A stretch of DNA of 46,221 bases from Neoconidiobolus thromboides FSU 785 (taxonomy: Eukaryota > Fungi > Entomophthoromycota), in NCBI GenBank assembly GCA_025603075.1, contig MU626417.1:1-46221 (forward strand), given 5' to 3'. Positions 1-12,233 of the stretch are shown in pieces. The translations under genes were made by a program, and so were the position numbers. The notes beneath the pieces were generated by a model that was not told the DNA's origin, searched no databases, and worked only from the letters and a program-made list of their open reading frames with translations. Numbering within the stretch: the stretch's first letter is position 1; every line of letters starts with the position of its first letter.

Positions 1-399
1 ATTAGCTATTTAAGAAAAGGAAACAATTAAAATAAGTTTTAAATAGAGACATTTAATTTTAGACTTTTTAGATTCAACCGTTATATTGAACACAAACTTA
101 AAATTTTAAATTTGGATTAATTTCTAAGTAGATTCTGAAACCAATTAGAACAGCCCCAATTGCTTTATACTTAGCATTAAAAATTTGCTATTAAGTACAT
201 AATTTTAATTTTATAATTACGTTATTGGTATATTAGTAATTAATAAATAGCTGCATAGGAGGGAGCAGTTAACTTTAAAACTATAATTAACTACCTTTAT
301 ATAATACAAGCAATATAATAGTATTTATTATTTATTATTATAACTAAGGGCTTTTTGATTATTTATTGATTTAGTTATTAGTAATTTAAATAATATTAT

Positions 400-495
400 G
401 TTTGGAGATGTTTTTTTTGATTTCGTTGCTTCTCTTTTTTTAAGCGCTATTTGAGCGGAAAGATTGTTAGTAAAATTTTTAATACATCCTTATAT
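400..495 (-). mobile_element. MITE family copy, short internal deletion (strand is relative to my consensus GGGGATGTATTTTTGTGTTTAAG...)
   Basis: Reverse-oriented core TAAGCGCTATTTGAGCGGAAAG between degenerate ends GGAGATG...CATCCTT. Confidence 0.8.
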
Positions 496-683
496 CTATA
501 GATAAAAATCTCAAATTTCGAAATTAATTAATCAGTACCTTTTATCCTGTTTAATGCTTTAGAGCTACTTTTTCATTATAAAATATTTTCAAAATATCTA
601 TTAGTTATACTTTTTCCATAATGCTCATCAAAAAATTTGAGATTAATTTTAAACTTCTGTTTATTTTATAAAAAAAATTAAAT

Positions 684-787
684 ATATGAGGATATATTTT
701 TGTGTTTGAGAATTTTAATAACAAATTTTCCACTCAAATAGCGTTTAAAAAACGAAAAAATAATGAAACCAAAAAACAGCCCCATAT
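684..787 (+). mobile_element. MITE family copy
   Basis: ATAT-GAGGATAT...CAGCCCC-ATAT with the full internal consensus. Confidence 0.9.
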
Positions 788-936
788 AAATAATACAAAA
801 ACTTCTAAAGTTTTAGACAACTTCTTATATTTGCTTATATATGCTTATATATTACTTTTTATAAATTTTTTAAATAAAAGCTTTTTAGATATTGAATTGA
901 TTAAACACTTTTTTGCATATACTAAGGCATAATTTA

Positions 937-1042
937 ATATGAGGATGTATTTTTTTGTTTAAGAATTTTACTAATAATTTTTCCACTCAAATAGCGCTTA
1001 AAAAATGGAAAAATAATGAAACTAAAAAAAACAGCCCCATAT
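937..1042 (+). mobile_element. MITE family copy
   Basis: ATAT-GAGGATGT...CAGCCCC-ATAT with the full internal consensus. Confidence 0.9.
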
Positions 1043-2068
1043 TTTGATAAAGTTCATCTTTTAAATTTTAACTTTTTCAATACTGCCAATTATTAGAAAA
1101 GTCTATTTTAATATTTGAAAGCATAGACATTATTACTATACATTTATCAGCAGTTTGTAAATACTTTCAGTCAACATTAGCTAGCATTTTTTATTGAGTT
1201 TTTGTAAACTCATTAGCTTTATTTTTGATCTTACTGCTATTAGTTTTTTATAACTAATAAAATTTGATAAAAGTTGAATATTTCAATTATTTATTTTATG
1301 CAAAATTAATATTTTTTTATAAAATCAATCTAGTTTAGTCTAGTTTTTTAAATATTTAATTTAAAAACTGAACAAAACTAAAACATTCCTGTTCCTAAAT
1401 TAAGTTCTCAAAGTTTAAAAATTAATCAATTTTTTATTCCTTATGGAGATATTTTAAACCAATGGGATAAGTTTTAATAATGAAATGGACTTTAAAAATT
1501 TTATGAAAGTTTCTCCAAAAATTGAATTTTGATATTACCCAATCATCGATGACTAGTTATTGTTATGTTAAACTAGTTGGCTTTATTATTTCAATTTATT
1601 CTTAGAAAAATAAAGCTAAAAAATAGTTTATTAGCAAGATTTATGTCCGCTTTGATGTTTTTATCGTATTTCCACTGTAAGGTTCATTGTATATTTTATA
1701 TACAATTCTAATGAATGATTGTAGTTCATTAATTATACTATTATTTATTTTTAAAAATGAAGTATTTAATTGTTGATAACTAATAACTATCAATAAACTA
1801 ACTATTAAGCCACTAAAGCCAAAGAATCCAAAAATGCAAACCTAAAAGTGTGGATTAAATATTAAGATTTCGATTTTGATTGGTTAAAATTAAATTAAAA
1901 ATCTAACAATAACTTAAACTGAGGTGACAAGAATAATATAAAATCGTGAAAGTTCCATTTGTAAAAAAAATTGAATCCTTTTTTATTCATATTATTTTAA
2001 AAAATTCTATTTTTTACCCTTTTTCCCATTTAGTTTCATTTATTTAGATTATTGTGCTATCGATTTCA

Positions 2069-5000
2069 ATGAGTTACAAAGGTTTTAATTTTTCTTCATT
2101 TACTCGTTCACTTAATGGTTTTCAAGTAACTTTATTAGTAAAGCTAAAAAAAAGAATATTAACATTGAACCTTTAATTAGTGGTCCAAACCGGCTACAGT
2201 TGCTGAAGAACCAGTGGAAAAACTGGACCATCCTAAAATCTATAAAGATTTATTAACCCGGGTGACTGTATTAAAGCAAGTACAAATTAATTTAGTCAAA
2301 ATCACCAAAGAAGCTTTTCCAGGTTGTAAAAAAGAAAATGAGCAATTAACTTTTGTTAAAGAATCCATTAATTCGATTTCAAATTCCATTACCAATTCTT
2401 TAGCTTCCAATTCTTCCAATTCGAATCATCAATCAAAAGGCAGTGTTTCTTCAATTGCTTCAAATCGACCACGATCCCATTCCAAAAGTAACTCTTTAAA
2501 CTCGGAGCCCATTGACCATCCTACTGCGTATCATACAATGGCTTTAGCATTCGTTGATTGTGGACTCGATGTTGGCGTAGAAGAGTCTTTAGGTAAACTA
2601 TTTTACAATATTTTAATTGATATTCATATTAAAACTTCATTTATTAGGTGCTGCATTATATAAAGTAGCTACTATTCAACAAAAGATTGGGGATGCTCTT
2701 ATTACTATGGTAACATCAATGTTGATTTCAATTTTATTTATTTTATTATTATTAGGAATCCATATTAACTAAAAACTTTATTGAACCATTGTTAATTAAT
2801 ATTGAAACAAATATTAAATTTATTGAAGTAATAGTGTTGTTATTTGTTTATTATTTGTTTATTAATATATTACTTTTTTATTATAGAAAACTTGTACAGA
2901 TGTAGATAATGCTTTAATTTCACTTAATAATGTAAAACTTAGATGTAATAATAGTGGTGATAACCCAAGCGACGAGGTAAAACAAGATTAACAGATAATG
3001 TTTGACAAGTAATTAATAACTTTTTGTTAGCTTAAATCGGAACTCACCATATGTGAAGAAAATTATACAAAAGTATTAGATATGGCTACCCACTTAATGA
3101 AGAATGTAATTGATTCTCCAGAAACTATCCAACGTTTGTTAGAATTAATAACTTCTCAGATGGGGTACCATAAAGAAGCATTCCAATTATTGTCGGATAT
3201 TTTGCCTCAATTAAATGATATGGTTGCTACTCAAGAATTACTTCATAATGAAAAAGATTCTTCTAATTCGGATAGTGATTCAAATAATAAAAAGGAGCTT
3301 AATCATGTGTATGATTCAAATGTACCAGATGATACATTGACCAAATCAGTAGAAAACAAATCAATAGCAAATGAGATTGATACTGATAATAAGCAAGAAG
3401 ATTCAGCTTACCAACAATCAATTAATCTTAATATTAATTCAACTCTAAATGAAAGAGAACCATCTATATTATCTAACAATTCACTTGAACCATCTAAACC
3501 AGAAATTAATGTTATTGAACCATCCTTTAATGCTTCAGCTGCCCCTTACTTTAATCCATTTTCACAAGCGACTACTTCTACTGAAGCAGTTCATACTATT
3601 GCCCATGATTCTAGTTCCGAACATTTAAGTTCTGATTTGATTGAAGATAGTGAACCACGTCATATCTTTATACCAGATATATTAAAATCAGCAACTCCTT
3701 CTATAATGGATCAATCTGAACCTGAATATGCATCTTCCAATATTGAAGAAAGTCGAGAATTCTATAAAAATGAAGTAGATGAAGATAGTAAAGATCAATA
3801 TTCAACAAAAGTAACAAATTTTAACAGAGAATTAATTCGAGACTCAAATGAAAATTTGATCCATCAATTTTCGAATTTATCTGGTACACCAGATCTTACT
3901 GTAGATTTAGATCGTTCCCTTAGTAATGATCAAAGTAGTATTAATAATTATCATTCTATTGAAGCAGAATCTTCTTCTTTACAAACTTCTAGTTTACCAA
4001 TGTTAAATGAACCTACTACTAATGATATTATTTTAGAAGAAGTCAGTTTACCTGAATCTACTTTTAATAATTCAATAGAAATGGAAGTACCTACTTGTTT
4101 TATGGAAAGTTCAACGCCATTTGAGTCATTACAAGTAGATGAAGTTGAAGATCAAGATGATGCTATGGAAACTAAAGAAGGTGAAGTTGATTTAGAATCA
4201 TTTGCTGAAGAAAAGGAAATTTTTGAAGATATTCTTCCACCTTTTGAAACCAATCAAGTTGAAGAAGAACCAATCATTGAAAACAAAACCAAGGCAAACG
4301 ATATTGATTTGCATTCTTTTACCGAAGAGGTGTTAGAATATAAATCTTTCCCTAAGGAAAGTGAAACTTCTCTTGCAGTTATACCAGAAAAGATCAAAGG
4401 AGATGAAGAAGGAGTTCAAGCCATTGAAAAATCCGTTGAAGATAAAGAAAATGATTTAAATTCCATTACTGAAGACCAACCTACTTTTGGTAACATCTTT
4501 GAAGAAAGCGAAATTGTCCTTCCAACCTTTGAAGCAGAGCAAACCGAAGAAGATCAAGTAGAACAAAATATTAAAGCATCTGTTGAAGGTAATGAAGTTG
4601 CATTAGATTCTATCATTGAAGGGAGTGGAGCGTTTAAACCTACCTCTGATGCTCTTAAAGCTCCCTTCCCAACGTTTGAAGTTGAAGAAGATGAGAAAGA
4701 AATAATTGAACATGAATTTAAAAATAATGAAGTTTCTTTAGATTCATTTGAAGAAAAACAAGATTCTAAACTCACTATTAAGGAAGCTGAAAGTGCCCTT
4801 CCAGTCTTTGAAACTGAAGAAGTTAAAGATGGAAAAATCATTGAAAGATCCATTGAAAATAATGATATCATTTTAAACTCCCTTATTGAAGAAAAAGAAA
4901 TCTCTGAATCAATTAGCGAAGAAGCACTCATTACTCAATTAGAAAAAACAATTGAAAATGGCGAAAGTCCCACCTTCGATAGCCAATTAATAACTGAAGA

Positions 5001-8000
5001 GGATGAGGAATCTTCCACTATGCGCTCCAATAATGTAGATATCCCAATTACATCCACATCCTCCTTTTTACATCAAGAAACTGAAGAATCAAATACTTTT
5101 AATCCAACTAATACCAGTTATATGGATTTACCCAATAATACTATAGAAGATGGAGAAAGTCCTACCTTTCATGAACATGTATTAGCCGAAAAACAAGTAT
5201 TTAGTATCGTTAATCAGCAATATAATTTAGGTGAAGATGATGAATATTCGGATGATGGACCTAATTTCGAAAATGAATTTGTACCGACTCCATTGGAAAA
5301 AATTGATGAGTTGAGTGAAGAAGAAGAGGTTGAGGAGGAGTTGATGCCTCATATTAAAGCTAGAAGTGACAGTGTTATCGCTGAAAATAGCGAAGAAGAG
5401 GCTGGAAAGGAGCTGGAAAATCAACTCAATTTCACTGTTGTTGAAAGTATCAACATGATCGATGAAGCCAGTAGAGAAAAAGAGGCTGAAAAGGAATCCA
5501 TTATTGAAGGTAAAAGTGTGAACATTGTCGTTGATGATAGCGAAGAATTTGAGGAAAAATCAAAAGCTCAACTTGATTCTACTGTTGAAATTGAAAGTGT
5601 TAATCCAACTGATGAGGTTAGTGGACAGGAAGAGGTTCAAAAAGAGTTAGAGGCTCAAGTCGACCCTGTTATTCAACCTAGAAGCGTTAATATAATTGGC
5701 GAAGCTAGTGAAGAAAAAGAAGATGAAGAAAAGTCAAAAGAGGAGTTGAATGCTCAACCCAATCTCCCTATTGTTGAAGCTGAAAGTGATAACATTGTAG
5801 AAAACACTCCATTAAATAACCTTGATGAGCAGTCTATTTCTCAAGCACTAGAATCAACTGAAGAAACTTCTAATTTTGAAACTATTATACCAAAATCAAA
5901 CGAAGAAATTGATGAAGGAAATGAGGCTTATAATTCTACCTTAGGGTTTTACCATTCAGATAAAAAATTAAGTGAAGAAAGTGAAGATACCAATGAAGAA
6001 GAAGAAGAAGAAGCTTCCACCAATGAAGAAGAAGATTTAGAAAGTATAATGACTAAGTTAAAAGAAGTGAATGTTGAAGAACCCTTATCAGAAGTAGGTG
6101 CCATGGCATATGATAATACACTAGGATTTTATCAAACTCCTATTATAGATAAAGAGGATTTAGGAAAAGATACAGAAGCAGTTGAAGCTGATAAAGAAAC
6201 CGAGGAAGAAGAAATTGAAATTGAAGAAATTGAAGCTGGCTATGAACCACAATCTGAGGTTGGCGCTATGGCCTATGGTTCTACTTTAGGATTTTATCAA
6301 TCCCCTAATAATAATAATTTAACTCCTAACGAATTAGATGAGGAATTAGATGAGGAATTAGATGAGGATAAGGAACTTAGTGAAAATGAAATTGATATTC
6401 AAAGTGATCAAGGCGATATGGGTTATTCTTCTATGTTAGGATTTTATAAAGGAGGAGATAAGCAGAATGAAATTCAAGAATCTAATTTATTAAATCAATT
6501 AGAAGACCAAGATGATAACGAACATGACATTATCAGAGAGATTCAAAATAATGAACAAATTGAAGAATCAGATAACGAACTTAATTTGGATACTGAAACA
6601 AAGGACAATATTAATGCTTTAGAATTTAATGAAATTAGTGAACTAAATATCAATCAGTATGAAGAAGGAAGTCAAGTTGAGCATCAATTGGAAGAAGAAA
6701 AAGAAAAAGAAATTACAGTTGCTAATGAAGTTGATAATCAAATCCAAGGAAGAGAAATCAAAACTGAAGTTGATGAGATTGGAGGTAAACAAATTGATTT
6801 AAATGAAAAGGAAGAAGAGATTGATGGTGATTGCTTAGAACAAGAAGTTGGGAGTGATATTGATTCTTTAGAAAAAGAAGTTAGCTCAATCTCAGCTCCA
6901 CAAGTTGAATTAGATACTTCAAATGAAAAGGAAGAACAAGCTCTTACTAAATCTTTAGGAAAAGAAATTCCATCTGATGATTTAGTGACTGAAGATCAAA
7001 CTTCAATTAATGAATCCAAAGAATTAAAGCATGAAGATATTATTGAAAATCAACAGGAAACCATAAGACCTGATTTAGAACAGGCTGTTGCTGAATCTTT
7101 TGAAGAAGAAACTCCATTCAATAATCTAATGGCTGAAGATCAAACTTCAATTAACGAGTCCAAAGAATTGAAACATGAAGATATTATTCAAAATCAACAA
7201 GAAATCACAAGATCCGGTTTAGAACAAGTTGAAATTCTTAACCCAGCAACAGAAGAAGAAACTCAAATTAACCATGTAGTTAATGAATTATTGAATTCAG
7301 TTAACAATTTAAATGAAACATTAATTAAAAGCCCAGATAATTTAGCTATTGAAAAGGAAATTGATGATGAAAAGGAAATTGATGAATTGAATATTGACAT
7401 TGAAAATGAAAATTCATTATTAGATTTTGCTAAACAAATGTCAAGTAAGATTGAATCAATTTCTAATTTAGTAGAAACTTCAAGTTTAAGTCCAAATAAA
7501 AAGTTTAACGAGGATGAGATTAACGAAGTTGAAGAAGTTAATACTATCGATGTTATAAATGAAATTGATGCTGGTAATCCTGCTGATGAAGTTCATGAGA
7601 GTGAAAATGATATTATTAAAGACTTAAATCAAGATATTGTAGTTGATACTGATATTAATGATCAAGATGATGAACCAATTATTCTTACTAAAGAATTGAG
7701 TAAAGATAATATTATTGAAAATGAAAATATTGAAATCAATGAAGAATCAAAACAAGTTGAAGGTTTTGATCAAGAAAGTCAAACGAACATAGATGAAGAT
7801 TTGTATACTTCATTAAATGAATCAATTGAAAAAGAAGTAACAGAAGAGTTAACTGAATCTTTAAATGAGGATACTGAAAAAGAGGCAACAGAAGATTTAA
7901 CTACTTCTTTAAATAATTTTATTGGGACTGACTTAGCAACTTCATTAAATTCATTTAATGGATCGAATTTAGCGGACGCTTTAAATCAAATTGTTGATAA

Positions 8001-9465
8001 GGAAATAGTTGAAGATTTAACTAATAATTTAAATGAACCAGCTGAAGAAAACATAAAGGATTTAACCACTTCCTTAAGTGAACCAATTGAGAAAAGTGTA
8101 TCAGACTTGACTACTTCTTTTAATGAATCTATTAGGGAAAATGTAACTGAAGATTCAACTAAATCTTTAAATGAACTAGTTGAAAAGAATATAACTGAAG
8201 ATTTATCAACCTCATTAAATCAACATATTGAAGAAAATACAACTGAAGATTTAATTACTTCATTAAACGAAAAAGTTGGTTTATTTAAGAATGAATTTAA
8301 TGAATTAGAATTTAATGAAGTTGAGGTTGAAGGAAATGAAGAATTAGAAGAGGGATTAAGTGAACAACTTAATACTATTGAAACCCAAAAACGATTGACT
8401 GAAGAAGAGTTAATTACATCTGAAACTAAGGAAATCAACAAAGATAATGAGATACCAATTATTTTAAATGAAGAATTAAGTGATGACGAAATTGATATCC
8501 CATTAAAATTAGAAGTTAATGAGGATGATCCAATTAATGAAGATGAAGATGTTGAAATTAGTGAAGATAAATTAAATCAAGAAGTTGAAGAAGAGAATGA
8601 AGATTTTACTAATTCTATTTTTAATTCATTAAATAGCATTCCTATTTCATTAGATACTAAATTTAGTTTAAATAACATTGACCAAGTAAAACAAGGATCA
8701 ATAAATAATAATAACAATAATGAAGATGTTGTTAACTCATTAAGTAGTATACCAATTTCATTAGATAATACTATTAACGGTGAGTTTATCATTCTTAATT
8801 ATAATATAGTAGAACTAATAGTATTTTAAATAGATACAAAAGAACCCTTTAATTCGATAGATATTAATTTAGAAGATTCTATGTTTAATGAATTTAATAA
8901 TGAATTTAATTTATTATCTGTTGATAATAATGAATTAGATCATTCTTCCCCACAAGAAAGTATGTCACCAAATACACCAAGATCAATAAATCATGATGAA
9001 GATGAAAATAATAATGAGAGTTATGAACTTAATGAATCAGATTTAGAAATGGATTTAACTGGAGAAGATATTAATGAAGAACAGGCCAAATTAGTAGCTG
9101 ATATTTCAAATTCAGAAAATGAATTAAATCATTTAATAGAAAATAACAAACAAGATGAAGAAGATAAAGAACAAGAAGAATTAAATAATGATCCAAATAA
9201 CTCACACAAAAGATCTATCTCATTAGCCGTAGATGTCAATAAAGCTAAAATGGATATTAAAAATAAATCTGGACCATCTACACCTACTTCAGCTAAAGAG
9301 ATTAAAACTGGGCTACATAAAAAATCCAATTCAATATTAGATAAATTAGCTCAATTTGAGAAAAATTCTTCTCCTTTACCACCTCCTCGTAACCTTGGTA
9401 AAAATAATAAGTCCAGTTCAAAATCTTCATTTTCTTCTGCATTCGCTAAATTTGAAAAATCATAA
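2069..9465 (+). CDS. GVP36: Gvp36-family BAR-domain protein with a giant acidic repeat tail (~2357 aa). Exons 2069-2125, 2181-2592, 2648-2709, 2756-2827, 2887-2976, 3031-8779, 8834-9465
   Basis: Seven exons join in frame through GT-AG introns. MKNVIDSPETIQRLLELITSQMGYHKEAFQLLSDI resembles the last helix of Gvp36-type BAR domains; amphipathic N-terminus MSYKGFNFSSFTRSL. Confidence 0.8.
5926..6450 (+). repeat. Four copies of a Y-x-x-(T/M)-L-G-F-Y peptide motif inside the giant exon
   Basis: AYNSTLGFYHS, AYDNTLGFYQT, AYGSTLGFYQS, GYSSMLGFYKG in the translation. Confidence 0.9.
6991..7206 (+). repeat. Internal 72-bp coding duplication, 144-bp period
   Basis: 6991-7062 vs 7135-7206 differ at 7 of 72 nt. 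Confidence 0.95.
7798..8280 (+). repeat. About 11 tandem 12-16-aa coding repeats, consensus DLTTSLNE
   Basis: Seen directly in the translation. Confidence 0.9.
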
Positions 9466-10158
9466 ATTGAATGATTGTATAAATGATTTGCATTTTGAAA
9501 GTTTGTATTATTTTTAAATAAAATAAAATAAAATAAAAAATAGTGTTTAAATAAAATAGTTTAATTTATTTAATTTTACATTATTTTTTGCATTTAGTTG
9601 ATATAATAATATATTGTCTTTCAATAAGTTTTTGGAGTTGGATATAAAATTGTTTCTAAATACTCTTTGTATCCCACCTCATTGAATTTTAGGGGTTACG
9701 TAGTCTATGACCTCTAATAAAACTCCATTGGGTTAATTTTTATTGTATTTATTAATTTTATTGTTAATTGATTACTTACAATTAAGCTTCACTTGATTAA
9801 AAAAGTATGACTTAAATAGGAACAGAGTTTTTGTTACCTTTTAAAAATTTATCTTTATTTGCTTGAGTAGCACTTGTTGAGTGCATTTGGCTTGTTTATA
9901 TTATTGCCTTAGTTTTTGTTTTCAACAATTTTTGGCAAGATCAGCACCCTTCCAAAAGACATTCTATTGGAAACTTTATTAAAGCTGAGTTGCTCACTGG
10001 TAAGTCGATTGAGTAGCTAAGAACTGGCTTGATTGAAAGTTTTGGGGGGGAAGGATTAGAATGTGGACTTCTTTGATTGCATTTTATAGTATTTTTCAAT
10101 CTGTTTAGCTGGTTTATAGAAGTCATAATAAATTGAATAATAATAATAATTTTAGACT

Positions 10159-10264
10159 ATATGGGGATGTATTTTTGTATTTAAGAATTTTATCAATAAA
10201 TTTTCTGCTCAAATAGTGCTTAAAAGATGGAAAAAGTAATGAAGCCAAAAAAACATCTCCATGT
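10159..10264 (+). mobile_element. MITE family copy
   Basis: ATAT-GGGGATGT...ACATCTCC-ATGT. Confidence 0.9.
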
Positions 10265-10415
10265 AGTTGGTTTATGACATTTTAAAGTTTTAAAAAAAGT
10301 GATTAACAGTAAACTAATTTTATTATAATAGAAAAAGAATATTGAATTCAAGTTTATTCATTTATAAATCTTCCTATTTTCGTTTAATGCTCAAAAAACA
10401 TCAAATTTATTTTAT

Positions 10416-12029
10416 CTACATTCTCTTTTTTGTCCTTGCCTTTGATAGCATTATACACTCTTCCAGTAATTTTTTTGCATTGACTTTTAAATATTTTACA
10501 ATTTCTCTCGAGTTCCATCTCAATTCTGGCTTTGGATGTAATAAAAAACATAATAATTCCAACCAACAATTATTATCTTTTAAGTCTCTTTTTAAATGTT
10601 TATATTGTTCAATTGGATCTTCAATAATTTCTCTTATTTGCTTTAATTGTTTTTCTAATACTCCACCCCATGGCGATAAATTAGTTAAAATTCGAAATAT
10701 TAAAATTCCTAAGCTATAAATATCTTCTTTCTTTGGGTCATATAATTTAATCGGTTGAATGAACTCTTGTTTATGATGGATAGGGATAGTAAGAATAGAT
10801 CTATTATAATAACTGATAGTTAATAACTAACACTATATTAATATTTATATTTGTTTATTATCATTATTACCTATATAAAACAAATCCATGTTCTGGTTTA
10901 CATAATTTAATCAAAGGTAAATGAATTAAGTCATCTTTGTTTATTAAACTATGCCTTTTAACTTGTATATTTTTAATAAAATTCATGTTTAGTGACATTG
11001 ATTTACCAAAATCAATAATAATTGGCTCATACTCTTTAATATCTTTTAAATTGTATGGATTTAAATGTTTTTTAATATCATTTATATTCTCTTCGTTTTC
11101 TTCTCTAATATTTAATAATTCAATTAAACTTTTAGTTAACAACACATTAACTTCACTTAAATCATTATGAACAATATCATATTGATGAATTAAATTTAAC
11201 TTTAATACCAATTGATAAATTATATGAAATTTGAATCTTCCGGTTAATTTATATCGTTTTGAATTTAATAACGTTTTTATATCAATTGAATATCTTTATA
11301 TGTTTATTAATAAAATAATAAATATTGGTAATAATAACTTACTTTGGCATAATAAACCCACGAATATTTAATTTAGAATCAATTAACAAAGATTTGATTT
11401 TACCTATCCCAGATGAGTTATTGAAATAACTAAATAGTATGAAAACATAATTCAATAAAATGCAATAAATTACTACCGATAAATACAAATTTCTTTAACT
11501 CTATCCATTAAATTGATAAAGCTGAATTCATTAAAGCAACAAATAACTTGTTGTTCATTTTGTTCCATTTGATAGAGCCTTTTAAATTTACCTTCCAACC
11601 CAATAGGCACCATCTTCTTTTCAACTTCTTCAAATGAACTTAGTGTTAGTTCAGGGTAAAGATCAATAATTGCTAAAATAAATGGATCATATATATATAA
11701 TTCAAGTAATACTAAAAATTACTTTTAATTCCATAATAATCTCCTATTGATTTCAATGAAATTGATTTATCTAACAATCCCTTGTCATTAATATTTAAAC
11801 TTTTAAAAATATAACTTAAAATCAATTTATCCATTCTTTTGCCTTTATAATGTTCCAAAAGATCATTTAAATTTTGTTGAAATTCTAAAGTAGCGTCATA
11901 ACCCGACTGTAGAGATGATGAATAACTGGTTTTTAACTCACTGTCGGGGAACAACAGGTTGAGGACTTGAAGTAAGGAGTTATGCTCCTTTATGTTGTCG
12001 TTTCGCTTTCGTTTCTTTGAATTGGACAT
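10416..12029 (-). CDS. Divergent protein kinase-fold protein, possible pseudokinase (465 aa). Exons 12029-11723, 11672-11477, 11429-11343, 11293-10871, 10800-10416
   Basis: Exon phases are all compatible. Motifs IGLEGKF, VKEICIY, VHNDLSEVNVLL, IIDFG, EDIYSLG and PKPELR occur in kinase-subdomain order. Confidence 0.85.
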
Positions 12030-12233
12030 AGGATCTAGTTGAGCAATATAGTAACTGTCTATGTTGGTGCAAAGCTAACTCAAGTTACCTTGGTTTTGAT
12101 CCATCCTTGTCTTTTAAGTTTAAAAAAATTAAAATAGATTTCTCATTTTTATTTTCTCAAAACTAAACAATTTAATTTTGAAATCGTTTTTTTAATTTTA
12201 AATCTAATTTTTTATTAAACTGCTAAGATTGAA

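Noticed and set aside
702-932. 76-aa ORF
   Set aside because: Starts inside a MITE copy and runs into AT-rich spacer; no coding signal
1375-1405. Weak similarities among intergenic segments (1381 vs 9806; 1-45 vs 45150-45200; 135-160 vs the MITE right end)
   Set aside because: Short and AT-rich; cannot be separated from chance by eye
4554-9329. Minus-strand ORFs at 4554, 5227, 8220, 8577 and 9129
   Set aside because: Antisense shadows of the Glu-rich BAR tail
10342-11170. ORFs 10342-10719 (+), 10384-10569 (-) and 10937-11170 (+)
   Set aside because: Antisense or off-frame shadows of the kinase exons
10416-12029. Kinase read as a frameshifted pseudogene
   Set aside because: Exon lengths (307, 196, 87, 423, 385) give a continuous frame with GT-AG introns
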